Source of the DNA: an uncultured virus (IMG/VR IMGVR_UViG_3300008267_000250)
Lineage: Duplodnaviria; Heunggongvirae; Uroviricota; Caudoviricetes
Length of the DNA: 64,000 nucleotides
Strand: one strand, 5' to 3'
IMG/VR virus record: IMGVR_UViG_3300008267_000250
Span: 1-64,000 of that record
The notes below the pieces were generated by a model. It was not told the origin of the DNA. It saw only the letters and a list, made by a program, of their open reading frames with translations, and did not search any database. The position numbers were made by a program, and so were the translations under genes. Shown here one piece after another: positions 1-10,692 of this stretch; the stretch's first letter is position 1, and every line of letters starts with the position of its first letter.

Positions 1-1
1 A

Positions 2-343
2 ACAAGAAAGGGTAGTAGATATTATTTACCGGATTTTGGAACCAGAATCTATGAGTTCATATTTGATCCTTTTGATGGTGAGACATTTGAAGGTATTATA
101 GCCGAAATACAAGAACAAGTTGACAAATATATACCAAATTTAATTATTAATAATATATCTGTCACACCCTATTTACAATCAGACGAAGCTCCCGGTGAAT
201 TAAATACTGACTTATTGGGAACAAGTGATATATATAGAGTACCTGGTGCTAGTACGGAAGAGTACACCGCAAAATTAAGAATTGACTATACAAACAATAA
301 TAATGCTTTTGGGTCAAGAGAATTTATAATAATTAATATATAA
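2..343 (+). CDS. Baseplate gp25-like (GPW/gp25) protein, 5'-truncated by window edge
   Basis: Open frame from nt 2 (TRKGSRYYLPDFGTRIYEFIFDP...FIIINI*) ending TAA at 341-343. The T-x-KG-x-R...PDFG motif is typical of gp25/gpW, and the gene lies directly before a gp6-like wedge gene. Confidence 0.8.
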   Translation, partial: TRKGSRYYLPDFGTRIYEFIFDPFDGETFEGIIAEIQEQVDKYIPNLIINNISVTPYLQSDEAPGELNTDLLGTSDIYRVPGASTEEYTAKLRIDYTNNNNAFGSREFIIINI

Positions 344-344
344 T

Positions 345-2183
345 ATGGCAACGAACAAAATTAATTATACGAGTAGGGATTTTGAAAGTCTGAGACAAGA
401 TTTAATAAATTATGCTCAACAATACTACCCAGAAGTCGTTCAAAATTTCAACGACGCGTCCATTTTTTCAGTTTTAATGGACTTAAACGCGGCCATTGGT
501 GATAACTTACATTTCCACATTGATAGAAGTATACAGGAGACCGTTCTTCAATATGCACAACAAAGGTCATCAATTTATAATATTGCGAGAACTTATGGTC
601 TGAAAATACCCGGATTTAGACCTTCAGTTGCTCTAGCTGATATATCCATTCAGGTTCCTGCTTTTGGTGACAGTGAAGATACAAGATATTTGGGAATTTT
701 AAGATCTGGAGCACAATTTAATGGCGGGGGTCAAACGTTTGAAACCGTATACGATGTTGATTTTTCAACACAATATAACAACGAAGGATTTGTAAATAGA
801 ACTAAAATCCCAATTTTTGACAATACAAATAAAATTGTTGGTTATACAATAACAAAAAGAGAAGTGGTGGTTAATGGTGTAACAAAGGTATTTAAAAGAG
901 TGGTATACCCAAATGATGTTGTACCATTTTTCAATTTCTTTTTACCAGAAAAAAATGTTTTGGGTGTTACGGCTATCATTCAAAAAGATGGTACCCAATA
1001 CCAATCAACACCTCCTAGTTCAGAATTTGTTACATCACAAAACAAATGGTATGAAGTTGATGCGTTGGCCGAAGATACCGTTTTTATTGAGGACCCAACA
1101 AAACCAATTGATTTGGCGGGACTTAAAGTTGGTAGGTATTTAAAAACCGACAATAGATTTATAACTGAATATACTCCGGAAGGGTATATGAAAATACAAT
1201 TTGGTGGTGGTACGACAACACCAAATCAACAACTTCAGAATTTCGCTCAATTAGGTGTACCTTTAAATATACAAAACTATCAAAATAATATTGGTTTAGG
1301 ATTGACAGTGACACCAAATACAACATTGTTTATTCAATATAGGATTGGTGGTGGTATTTCATCAAATGTTGGTGTTGGTGCCATCAATCAAATTGGTACT
1401 ATTGATATGGTTGTTAATGGACCATCGGATACCATTAATTCAAATGTTATAAGATCATTAAAGGTTAATAACGTGACCTCAGCGGTAGGTGGTGCTAATC
1501 CACCAACAACTGAAGAAGTTAGAAATATGGTGGCTTTCAACTTTGCTGCACAAAAACGAGCAGTAACTGTTAATGATTACAAATCTTTAATTGATACAAT
1601 GCCCGGAAAATTTGGAGCACCAGCTAAAGTTGCGATTACTGAAAATAATAATAAAGTTGTCGTCCAAATCCTATCATATGATTCTGATGGTAACTTAACT
1701 CAAAATGTGGCCAATACCTTAAAACAAAATCTGGCAACCTACCTATCAAAGTATAGAATGGTAAATGATTATATATCAATTGATGTTGCAAAAGTTATTG
1801 ATTTGGAATTTGAAATTTCAATTGTGATTGAGAACAATACCTCACAAAGTCAAATTATAACCGAAGTGATTGACCAAATATCAAACTATATGAGACCAAC
1901 CAATCGGGATTTGGGTCAAAACTTAAATGTTTCAGATGTTCGTAGATTAATTCAAAACACGGCAGGTGTAATTACATTGTCTGATCTTAAAGTGTATAAT
2001 AGGGTTGGCGGTCAATATTCATCGTCTCAAACATCCCAAAGATACATTGATAAAGAAACAAGAGAAATTGAATTAATTGATGATACTATTTTTGCCGAAC
2101 CAGACCAAATATACCAAGTTAGATTTGATAGTAGGGACATCAATGTCAGAGTAAAACAATTAAGAACGGTAGACTTCTCTTAA
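345..2183 (+). CDS. Baseplate wedge subunit (T4 gp6 / baseplate J-like)
   Basis: Motifs include N-terminal YTSRDFESLRQDL, AQQRSSIYNIARTYG, IQFGGG, YRIGGG...NVG and AQKRAVTVNDY, all characteristic of gp6-like wedge proteins. Confidence 0.85.
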   Translation: MATNKINYTSRDFESLRQDLINYAQQYYPEVVQNFNDASIFSVLMDLNAAIGDNLHFHIDRSIQETVLQYAQQRSSIYNIARTYGLKIPGFRPSVALADISIQVPAFGDSEDTRYLGILRSGAQFNGGGQTFETVYDVDFSTQYNNEGFVNRTKIPIFDNTNKIVGYTITKREVVVNGVTKVFKRVVYPNDVVPFFNFFLPEKNVLGVTAIIQKDGTQYQSTPPSSEFVTSQNKWYEVDALAEDTVFIEDPTKPIDLAGLKVGRYLKTDNRFITEYTPEGYMKIQFGGGTTTPNQQLQNFAQLGVPLNIQNYQNNIGLGLTVTPNTTLFIQYRIGGGISSNVGVGAINQIGTIDMVVNGPSDTINSNVIRSLKVNNVTSAVGGANPPTTEEVRNMVAFNFAAQKRAVTVNDYKSLIDTMPGKFGAPAKVAITENNNKVVVQILSYDSDGNLTQNVANTLKQNLATYLSKYRMVNDYISIDVAKVIDLEFEISIVIENNTSQSQIITEVIDQISNYMRPTNRDLGQNLNVSDVRRLIQNTAGVITLSDLKVYNRVGGQYSSSQTSQRYIDKETREIELIDDTIFAEPDQIYQVRFDSRDINVRVKQLRTVDFS

Positions 2184-2259
2184 TATCCTTTATTTTCTGG
2201 TTATGTGACTTAGTTTTTTTAATAAAAGACTAAAATAACTATTTATTTTTAAAAGGCAA

Positions 2260-5200
2260 ATGACCAAAACCTATAGAATAAGAACAACACCCGGTGAGGA
2301 TAAAAACATACGAATTAATGTTAATCAAGACTTTGATTTTTTGGAAATTCTTTCCTTAAAGTTAAGACAAGATGACGTATATACTAGATTTTGTGCCGAT
2401 TATGGTGTTATCGCCGGAAGGGTTATAACAAATGGGGGTTATGGTATACCAAATGCAAATGTGTCTGTTTTTGTTCCATTAACAACTGAAGACGAGAACG
2501 ACCCAGTAATATCAACATTATATCCATATAAAACAGTTGATCAAAAAAATGAAGACGGTTATAGATACAATTTATTACCTTATAGACAGGATTATCAAGG
2601 TCACACACCAACCGGAACCTTCCCCGATAGAGAAGATGTTTTAACCAGAAGGGAAGTTTTAGAGGTGTATGAAAAATACTACAAATACACGGTTAAAACA
2701 AATGAGAGTGGTGACTTTATGATTATAGGAGTCCCTCTGGGTCAACAAGTCGTTATGTTAGATCTTGATTTGTCTAACATCGGATGTTTTTCACTTTCAC
2801 CTTCAGATTTGATAAGTTTAGGTAGAGGTGGGTCCGGCCAGTTCAACGGAAATAGGTTTAAATCGTCAACCGATTTGGATTCACTACCACAAATTGTGAA
2901 TCAAAAAAAAGAAGTTAGCGTCACTTCATTTTGGGGTGAAACAGAACTTTGTGAAGTTGGTATTACACGAGTGGATTTTGATTTAAGAGATTTAGGTATT
3001 GAGATAAAACCTCACGCCATATTTATGGGCTCCATTTTTTCAAATGCCGATGAGGACTTTTTAAAAACAAATTGTAAACCAAAAAAAGACACTGGTAACT
3101 TATGTGACTTAGTGTCGTCTGAAGGTAGAATATTAGCAATAAGACAAACGATAGCTTACGATTCGGACGGTAGACCAGTACTTGAACAATTTTCTTTACC
3201 AGATAATGGTAAAGTTATTGACGAAAACGGAACGTGGTTGACAGAAGTACCGATGAATTTAGATTATGTCATTACAAATGAATTCGGTGAACAAGTACTC
3301 TCAAATGACCCAAGTGTTGGCATACCAACAAAAGGAAAATATAGGTTTAGAATTCAATATCAAAATGAGAATGGAATTAATAATCAAATACTTAGAGCGG
3401 ATTATTTAATCCCAAACATAAAAGAATGGGGATGGAGCCTATCAAATCAAAACTCACCAACTGATCTAAATGCTCAAAAATATTCATATGCGTTTAGTTT
3501 GGACTGGGTGGATTATGGTGACTTAACAACAACATTAGGTTCACAAATGATTCAAGAAGCGATTAATTGTGAAGATAAGTTTTATGAATTTAATTTTAAT
3601 AAAGTTTATACCATCACCAGTTTTATTGATAGATGGAAATGGGGATCAAATAGAAGTAGACACTTGGGTATTAAAGAAATTACCGATAGAAGATGTACAA
3701 CAACAAACAATAGGTTTCCGGTTAATGACGGTGTAAGAAACTTTGATTTCTTATTCTTCTTATTTAATATGTTGATTACTCTTTTGACACCAATTTTATA
3801 TCAACTTATAATCATTGCACACGTATTGGCTTTTATATGGCCATTATTGAAATTAATAATTGATCTTTTGATTTGGTTAATAAATGTTGTAATTTATGGT
3901 ATATGTAAAGCGATATCAGCACTTAGTGGTGGTAATAAACCTAAAGGTGGTTGTAATAAAAAAACAATTAAACCACTACCCGACGAAAATCCATTCAAAA
4001 GAATTGCACTACCTATGATGTCCTTTCCTGATTGTGAGGCCTGTCCTTGTGAAGAAACAACCATACCACCTAGCACAAATCAAACAAGTGAATCGTTAAG
4101 TACAACTATAGAATCTGAAAATAATATTTTGTTGGGTGACATTAATACTATTGATTCATATAACTACTCACCACCTGTGAATTCAAGTGACCCACAAGCA
4201 ACATATGAGGGTATAAGACAAGTACTCGCCGGATATCCGTCTGGTCAATTCATTAAAACACCAATCACTGAGTTTCCATCCGTGGGTGGACAAAAACGTT
4301 TAGGTTATGATGTGACTTTGACACAATCTATGAATTTAGCTAATTTAAGACAAAGATATTTTGATGGTGAAAATCGGATTAGGACCACTATAAATAATTC
4401 AACACCATCCCAACCGTTTGAGGATAGTGTATTAGTAATATTTGCCGATCCCGGAACTTTAAATGCGTTCACTAGTGGTGATTTAATTTCATTTACAAAC
4501 CCAGCATCAATTACAGATCCTAATTTAAATGTATTGACAGGTACAACACAAACTAGTACGAACCTAGTACCAAAACAAGTAACATGGATAGATGTTAATG
4601 GATTACCTCAAACATCAAATATATATATTAGGGTAACTGGTGATACCTCAACATATAAGTACACCGCGGGTATTGAGTATTTTCAAGTTATTACTGGTGG
4701 TACTGTTTCAGAATATCAAACACTTTTAGCCCCATCTGGTGGTTTACTTAACAAGTATTTGTTTAAGAAAAAACAAAAGTTTGATTTTGGTCTACCTACA
4801 ACTAGTACCTATGACGTATACCCACTCCAACAAATCATAAACTACCAAACGTATGAAATTATATTTCTAACTAGAGGTGTTGATCCGTACACTGAAAAAC
4901 AAACAATAAAATACGACTTATCACCTTTATTTGGTAAGACATTTGGTAATGGGTTGATTGTTGAAGGTGAGTATTATTTAAACATTCCGATAAGGTCAAA
5001 CTCTGGTTCGGGTGTCTGGTTTAATGACCAAAAAACCCCACAAACACATAACATTACAACAAATAACTTACAAAGTAATTTATATAATGAACCATTCGGT
5101 TTTAATGTAAACCAAACAATGTTTAGTGCGTTTACAAATAATAGTCCACATTATTATAATTCAACAGATAAAACACAATCCACCTTTAAAGCATATAATA

Positions 5201-7029
5201 CGGATACTTTTACTTTAGGTGTGTTTACTTCACCAGATGGTGTTTTGTCCGACACAACGTTTGTTGGTACATTAAATACGGGACCAAATACAATTACATT
5301 TGATCAAACTAATAATATTCTAACCCAAGGTAATATTGAAGGTGGTTCTTTAATGGCTTCAAACACCCAACAAGGATCAATACTAAATAATTCAGACTTT
5401 GTTAGAACTTTTTCACCGGCCTACCATAATCAATCACCATCTAATATACAAATTAACAATAGTCAGTTACTAGTGTTTAGATCCGATAGGTTACCGACAT
5501 CAGATAGTACTGAAATTGATGGTAATAACTCATTCTCGTTACATTTAAATTCCAACTTTACATACTACACAATACAAGGTGTTAATGATTTAAACATCCC
5601 AAATAATATATCAAACTCAACTGATAGTAATGGTAACAGTCAAGATTCACAGGGAGACACACCAAGTCAAACTAGTGATGTTGTTCTTGCTACATTAACC
5701 TGTGAAAACATGACACTTCTTGATTGTTATGATGGTTCTGGTACTAATTTTACAGTTTTAAGTCCGTGTGACGCCAACCCCGATGGTAAGAGAATGAAAG
5801 GTGGGTGTTATTATTTGGTGGATGACCCACTCATTGTTTCAATCATCAAAGATATTAAATTACTTACCGAGTGGAAATCAAGATTTAGATTGGTTTTTGG
5901 TGCTTGTAGGGGTATTTTTTCTCACGTATTTCAAAACAATTGGGTAAATGGTACACTGTATATGTTTGCGTTCAAAAAACAAACCATTTTTGATATTGTT
6001 GGACAACCAAAAAAGTATTTATTTTGTGGTTCATATGATAGTACATACAGACCAGGACAAGGACCGATTTATTATACTGAGGGAACAACAAATTCTTTTT
6101 TTTATAGAGCAACACCTTATGACGGAACAAATTTTATTGGTCAAATACCTAAAAGAGCCACATTCGGAGACCCAACACTACAACCGGCGGGTTATGGAGG
6201 TATGAACGAAAGAAATATATTTTTTCCAACAACGGTAATGGATTTGGGACCGAAAGATGAATTTACAAAAGAAATCTGTACAAACCCAAATTTTGAAGGT
6301 TATTATGTAGATACCCTTCTTAGTACCTCATTTAAAGATACGTCAGACTTACTTTCTTTATTCTTTATTTCCAGAATGATTAATTCAAACTTTTGGGGAC
6401 AAGCCTTGGGGTTAGGGGATGCTTCAATTAATAAAATGTTCTCAAGAAGTGAACAAAGAATTGATGGTGATTTGGCACAACTTTTTAGTATTAACTCTGA
6501 ATATGGTGTTGAGGGGTTTGATGACGATACTTACGATGATAACGATCTCTATATCTCAAACAACTCAGATATTGTTATGGGTGTATTTTTTACATCAAAT
6601 ACAATAGATAGGAAAGTAGTTTCACCGGGGGTATTAACATTTAATTCATCGTTGAGTTATACTTTTGGTTATCCTAAAACACAAGAGGTCCCATTCTACA
6701 AATGGAATTTAGCTGGTGGTAATACCATATTTGGACTGGATACTAATGATTGGGCAACAAATATTTCAAACGGAGGGTTTTATAGTCAAAAATACCAAGA
6801 TTTAAGTTTTGATAATTCACCAATATCCCCTTATTTCAATGATACTAATGGTGGTAGAAGAGGGTATATATTTAACTCATCTAATGGTATAAATAACCCA
6901 CAATTCCCAAGTGGAACACAGAATAGTTTCATTGTTGGTGCACCGTATCATTTTTATTTTGGATTGAACAAAGGGAAAAGTACAATCAATAGATACATTA
7001 CAAAATACATATTGAATCAAGATGAATAA
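2260..7029 (+). CDS. Large baseplate/tail-associated protein (1589 aa) with an N-terminal carboxypeptidase-regulatory-like domain and a central hydrophobic segment
   Basis: Contains GVIAGRV...GIPNANVSVF and KTNESGDFMIIGVPLG (CarboxypepD_reg-like), plus a hydrophobic stretch of about 55 aa near residues 497-552. Located after the baseplate wedge gene. Confidence 0.55.
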   Translation: MTKTYRIRTTPGEDKNIRINVNQDFDFLEILSLKLRQDDVYTRFCADYGVIAGRVITNGGYGIPNANVSVFVPLTTEDENDPVISTLYPYKTVDQKNEDGYRYNLLPYRQDYQGHTPTGTFPDREDVLTRREVLEVYEKYYKYTVKTNESGDFMIIGVPLGQQVVMLDLDLSNIGCFSLSPSDLISLGRGGSGQFNGNRFKSSTDLDSLPQIVNQKKEVSVTSFWGETELCEVGITRVDFDLRDLGIEIKPHAIFMGSIFSNADEDFLKTNCKPKKDTGNLCDLVSSEGRILAIRQTIAYDSDGRPVLEQFSLPDNGKVIDENGTWLTEVPMNLDYVITNEFGEQVLSNDPSVGIPTKGKYRFRIQYQNENGINNQILRADYLIPNIKEWGWSLSNQNSPTDLNAQKYSYAFSLDWVDYGDLTTTLGSQMIQEAINCEDKFYEFNFNKVYTITSFIDRWKWGSNRSRHLGIKEITDRRCTTTNNRFPVNDGVRNFDFLFFLFNMLITLLTPILYQLIIIAHVLAFIWPLLKLIIDLLIWLINVVIYGICKAISALSGGNKPKGGCNKKTIKPLPDENPFKRIALPMMSFPDCEACPCEETTIPPSTNQTSESLSTTIESENNILLGDINTIDSYNYSPPVNSSDPQATYEGIRQVLAGYPSGQFIKTPITEFPSVGGQKRLGYDVTLTQSMNLANLRQRYFDGENRIRTTINNSTPSQPFEDSVLVIFADPGTLNAFTSGDLISFTNPASITDPNLNVLTGTTQTSTNLVPKQVTWIDVNGLPQTSNIYIRVTGDTSTYKYTAGIEYFQVITGGTVSEYQTLLAPSGGLLNKYLFKKKQKFDFGLPTTSTYDVYPLQQIINYQTYEIIFLTRGVDPYTEKQTIKYDLSPLFGKTFGNGLIVEGEYYLNIPIRSNSGSGVWFNDQKTPQTHNITTNNLQSNLYNEPFGFNVNQTMFSAFTNNSPHYYNSTDKTQSTFKAYNTDTFTLGVFTSPDGVLSDTTFVGTLNTGPNTITFDQTNNILTQGNIEGGSLMASNTQQGSILNNSDFVRTFSPAYHNQSPSNIQINNSQLLVFRSDRLPTSDSTEIDGNNSFSLHLNSNFTYYTIQGVNDLNIPNNISNSTDSNGNSQDSQGDTPSQTSDVVLATLTCENMTLLDCYDGSGTNFTVLSPCDANPDGKRMKGGCYYLVDDPLIVSIIKDIKLLTEWKSRFRLVFGACRGIFSHVFQNNWVNGTLYMFAFKKQTIFDIVGQPKKYLFCGSYDSTYRPGQGPIYYTEGTTNSFFYRATPYDGTNFIGQIPKRATFGDPTLQPAGYGGMNERNIFFPTTVMDLGPKDEFTKEICTNPNFEGYYVDTLLSTSFKDTSDLLSLFFISRMINSNFWGQALGLGDASINKMFSRSEQRIDGDLAQLFSINSEYGVEGFDDDTYDDNDLYISNNSDIVMGVFFTSNTIDRKVVSPGVLTFNSSLSYTFGYPKTQEVPFYKWNLAGGNTIFGLDTNDWATNISNGGFYSQKYQDLSFDNSPISPYFNDTNGGRRGYIFNSSNGINNPQFPSGTQNSFIVGAPYHFYFGLNKGKSTINRYITKYILNQDE

Positions 7030-8749
7030 TGAAAGTGAAATAAGGATTGTTTTAGGTAATAAAAGGTTTGCCTCAAATAACAACAAACCGGTTTGGGTTC
7101 AACCACCTTTATTTTCTGACACGAGAGAATATGTGGAGGGTGATAGAACAATTTTGGTAGACCAACAAGTAGTTTTTGATAATGAAAGACAGAGTAGTGA
7201 TAAATTCAGATTGGCTGGAAAAATTGTGAATGTTGTAAATAATCAAGTTTCCGGTAAAACAACATACACACCATTTAAAAATGATTTGTATTACACAAAC
7301 CCAATACAAAACGCAACATCAACATTATCAAACCCAAACACACCTTGGGAAGGTTATCCACAATTTAGTGAATTCGTAATAAGTAGAGACCAAGGTATTA
7401 CTGGTCATATTCCTTTTGTAAATAAAAGTGCCTCATCCTATAATTGGTCCTTTTATGTAACTTATGCTTTTTCAAGTACGACCGCACAAACAATGTCATA
7501 TACAAATGAAAAATATAACGTAACAAATAATGGTTTTGTTTGTGGTAATGGTATACCATATGTAATTGATTCGGGTGTTTTTAATGGTAAAAACTTAATT
7601 TATTTTTATTGTGGGACAAAACACAATTTAAAAGAAGGTGACTATGTTGAGTTATCAACACCAATTGATGGTCAAAATGTGTTTACGGTTTTTGGGTTAG
7701 GTGACGGTAGCTATTTATCCGAAGAAAATGTATTTACAATTTATGACTTAAAATACAGCCCAACAGATATTCAAACCGGAACTTATGGGACTTTAAAACG
7801 AATCACAAATCTAGCGAATTCTGCTGAAACAAAATCAATTTATTATGTTAGACTACATAAAGTATTAAAAACATCAAACGAATGTAACATATCAAAAGCT
7901 GGGTTTGAAAATAATCCATTTACCATAAAAAGGAAGTTAGAATATAATGTATTAACCCCAAACCAAACCCAACGAGTATCAATTAAAGATAACACTCAAA
8001 CATTTTCATTTACTTTTGATAAAGATACGTCTATTGGGGGTTTAATTGATAACAACGGCAAACCAATTACCGAACTGTTCATAACCACAATTCAAAGAGG
8101 TTATATGGGTTGGTTCAACAAACCATACCCAAATCAAAATAACCAACCAACCGGAATTGATATCGGTTGGGGATTCAATTTTTTGAAAAATAGTGTTGAT
8201 AACTGGTGGGATAAAAACTCAGTGAATAACAAAGATAACATACCAAGTGGTTCGTATCTTATTAATGGTCAAACATTTTATTATAATGATTTTTTAAATG
8301 TTGGTGATATTATAAAAGGTGATTTTTGTGAATATAATTATTATGAACAAAAAGAGTACGTATTAACGAATATGTTTCACAAATATTCATTAAATGATAC
8401 TGTATTTTATGATAACTCACCACAAAATTTACCATCCGGTTATTTATATACCCCACATTACCCAATACAAATAAGGGCTTTTAGTGATTATGTTGAGTCG
8501 GGTGATAAAGATTATGTAGATAAAATTCCAGGTTATGCTTGGTTCAGTCAATATGACGATACATGGTATTGGAGGGATCTTTATACTTATGGCTACATAG
8601 ATAACAATAATATTGGGGTTGACTATCCCTTTATAAATGGAAGTCACTATCCGTTTAGTGAAATATTATTTTTACAATATCCTATTTTAAGAGATATAAA
8701 TCAACAATTAATAGAAATAAACGAACCAACAGTAGATAATTGTGAATAA
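7022..8749 (+). CDS. Putative virion structural protein
   Basis: 575-aa ORF overlapping both neighbours in the structural operon. Confidence 0.55.
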   Translation: MNNESEIRIVLGNKRFASNNNKPVWVQPPLFSDTREYVEGDRTILVDQQVVFDNERQSSDKFRLAGKIVNVVNNQVSGKTTYTPFKNDLYYTNPIQNATSTLSNPNTPWEGYPQFSEFVISRDQGITGHIPFVNKSASSYNWSFYVTYAFSSTTAQTMSYTNEKYNVTNNGFVCGNGIPYVIDSGVFNGKNLIYFYCGTKHNLKEGDYVELSTPIDGQNVFTVFGLGDGSYLSEENVFTIYDLKYSPTDIQTGTYGTLKRITNLANSAETKSIYYVRLHKVLKTSNECNISKAGFENNPFTIKRKLEYNVLTPNQTQRVSIKDNTQTFSFTFDKDTSIGGLIDNNGKPITELFITTIQRGYMGWFNKPYPNQNNQPTGIDIGWGFNFLKNSVDNWWDKNSVNNKDNIPSGSYLINGQTFYYNDFLNVGDIIKGDFCEYNYYEQKEYVLTNMFHKYSLNDTVFYDNSPQNLPSGYLYTPHYPIQIRAFSDYVESGDKDYVDKIPGYAWFSQYDDTWYWRDLYTYGYIDNNNIGVDYPFINGSHYPFSEILFLQYPILRDINQQLIEINEPTVDNCE

Positions 8750-9572
8750 TAATTATTATAGATATGCGAAGTCCGCTAACGACAAATATATTAACATCCC
8801 GGTTAATATTAAATTTGACAATGTCGGTAGAGAGGAAGGAATTAATGAGTTTGAAATTGATGTAGTCTCAGACATTATTAATGGTATTGACGACTTTGAA
8901 ACCACTAAGTTTGCCAACGCACCATATCCAACAAATCAAACATCAACATTACTAAATTATCAATTTAATTTTTTTAACACTTTTGGAACTATTAATAGTG
9001 CCACGATTACGGATTGGGAAATTAATTACGGCTTTCAAGGGTTTACGTCGTCTGAGTTATATTACTTTGCAAACTCCTTTAAAAAAAGTTTTTTCAAGTT
9101 AGACTTTTATGACTCCAATAAAAGTGAAAAACAAAGACCCTATTTTACTGTCATACTCCCAACACAACAAGGGACTCGTATTCCTGCACTGATTGGACCA
9201 ACTATTGTTGACGTTAAACAACCGAATTTTATATTAGATTATGTTGGTGCCGATAAAGAAGGGTTTTTTATTTATTGGTTAAAAGAAAGGGATTATATTA
9301 ATATAAATGAATTTTATGTTTCGGCTAAATTTTTCAATGGCAAAACCGGACAATTTATAAGGTTTATGAATGAACCACAATCAACATTAAGTGGCCCAAA
9401 TAAGTTTAATTTTGATAAAAGTTTGTATTTTTATTATAAAGTAGTTTTGGATTATAACAACTACGAATATGAAATTTTTAAACAACAACCACAAAACAAC
9501 GGTACTATTAATTATTTAAGAGTGGGTGATAGTACTGACCCAATAAAATGGTATGAATATGTGAACCCATAA
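8742..9572 (+). CDS. Putative virion structural protein (GTG start)
   Basis: 276-aa aromatic-rich ORF coupled to both neighbours; shares a KxxF / F.LDFYD-type motif region with such proteins. Confidence 0.5.
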   Translation: MNNNYYRYAKSANDKYINIPVNIKFDNVGREEGINEFEIDVVSDIINGIDDFETTKFANAPYPTNQTSTLLNYQFNFFNTFGTINSATITDWEINYGFQGFTSSELYYFANSFKKSFFKLDFYDSNKSEKQRPYFTVILPTQQGTRIPALIGPTIVDVKQPNFILDYVGADKEGFFIYWLKERDYININEFYVSAKFFNGKTGQFIRFMNEPQSTLSGPNKFNFDKSLYFYYKVVLDYNNYEYEIFKQQPQNNGTINYLRVGDSTDPIKWYEYVNP

Positions 9573-10660
9573 TGGATGAAATAAGATATAGTTTGAGAAT
9601 ATCACCAGAATCATTAAAAAATGATTTGGTAACAATCACTTATAGTGGTGATAGTGGGTTAAATACGTTTGGATTATATTCCGGAATGACCTATATTTTG
9701 AGTGGAGGTACTAATGGGTCATCTATTTTAACCGGTTTAACCATACCTATATTTTTTACTCAAACAATAAATGATTTGGGGGTGTATAGTGAGTTTGATG
9801 GTGATATCTTACAAAAGGATATATTAACTAATTTCTTATATTCAGCAAATACAATAACCCCATACGATGTCTATCTATATAATACATCTGGTGATATTAA
9901 CGTTTCGTTTTTGTCGTTTAGTACGTTTACTGTTGACTGGGGTGACGGGTCACCAACCGAAACAATTTCAAACCAACCGTTAGTTCACAACTATATTAAT
10001 TCACCTGAAAGTTACACAATATCACTTTCAGGACAAAATACGTGGGGTACAACAGTTATTCAAAAAGAGATATTTTTACCATTTGTGACACCCACTATTT
10101 CAAACTTACAAGGGACCGTTACCTTGACACCCCAATCTGGAAATTGGTCTGGTATACCAACAACGTATAACTTTATCTTTACAGGTGATTCACAAACAAA
10201 TATTCTTTCGCAAATATCAAGTTCGTATGAGTCACTGCCAATCCCAGTTACTGGAGTAACAACATCCAAGTTGTTTAATTTAAAAAGATATGGACCAACA
10301 CCATATACGGTCGGGTACCCTATTTTCAAAAACAACCAACTTTATGGGCAAGTAGACAATATTACCACGGAATATACCGAATATACAATCAACGGTATTA
10401 AATATTTTGATTTTAATGACGATTCAACAATATATATCGCCGAAAGTTCTGGGTTTACTCAAGATAATATAGTGATAAGTGCGTTGACCAAAAACGAAAG
10501 ATTACTTGATTTTGTGTTTGATCCTGAAGTACAAAGTGACGTTTACATTGAACGAGGTAAATATAGTGCCTTTGAACCGTTACAAAGGTTAGGTGAAATT
10601 GATAATATCGGGGATCTTGTCAGATACGGTTATAAGTATTACAAAATCAATCAAACATAA
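9572..10660 (+). CDS. Putative virion protein with PKD-like domain
   Basis: FTVDWGDGS...HNY...YTISL matches a PKD signature; TAATG stop/start coupling. Confidence 0.6.
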   Translation: MDEIRYSLRISPESLKNDLVTITYSGDSGLNTFGLYSGMTYILSGGTNGSSILTGLTIPIFFTQTINDLGVYSEFDGDILQKDILTNFLYSANTITPYDVYLYNTSGDINVSFLSFSTFTVDWGDGSPTETISNQPLVHNYINSPESYTISLSGQNTWGTTVIQKEIFLPFVTPTISNLQGTVTLTPQSGNWSGIPTTYNFIFTGDSQTNILSQISSSYESLPIPVTGVTTSKLFNLKRYGPTPYTVGYPIFKNNQLYGQVDNITTEYTEYTINGIKYFDFNDDSTIYIAESSGFTQDNIVISALTKNERLLDFVFDPEVQSDVYIERGKYSAFEPLQRLGEIDNIGDLVRYGYKYYKINQT

Positions 10661-10675
10661 AAAAGGAGCATAAAC

Positions 10676-10682
10676 TATTTAT
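10676..10682 (+). promoter_or_regulatory. Recurrent TATTTAT motif, putative phage late promoter (representative copy)
   Basis: Also at 2240, 19828, 20896, 23910, 32141, 49572, 53475, 58121 and 63234, and on the minus strand at 63191; all in short intergenic gaps 5-33 nt before a start codon. Confidence 0.5.
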
Positions 10683-10692
10683 AAAATAAAAA

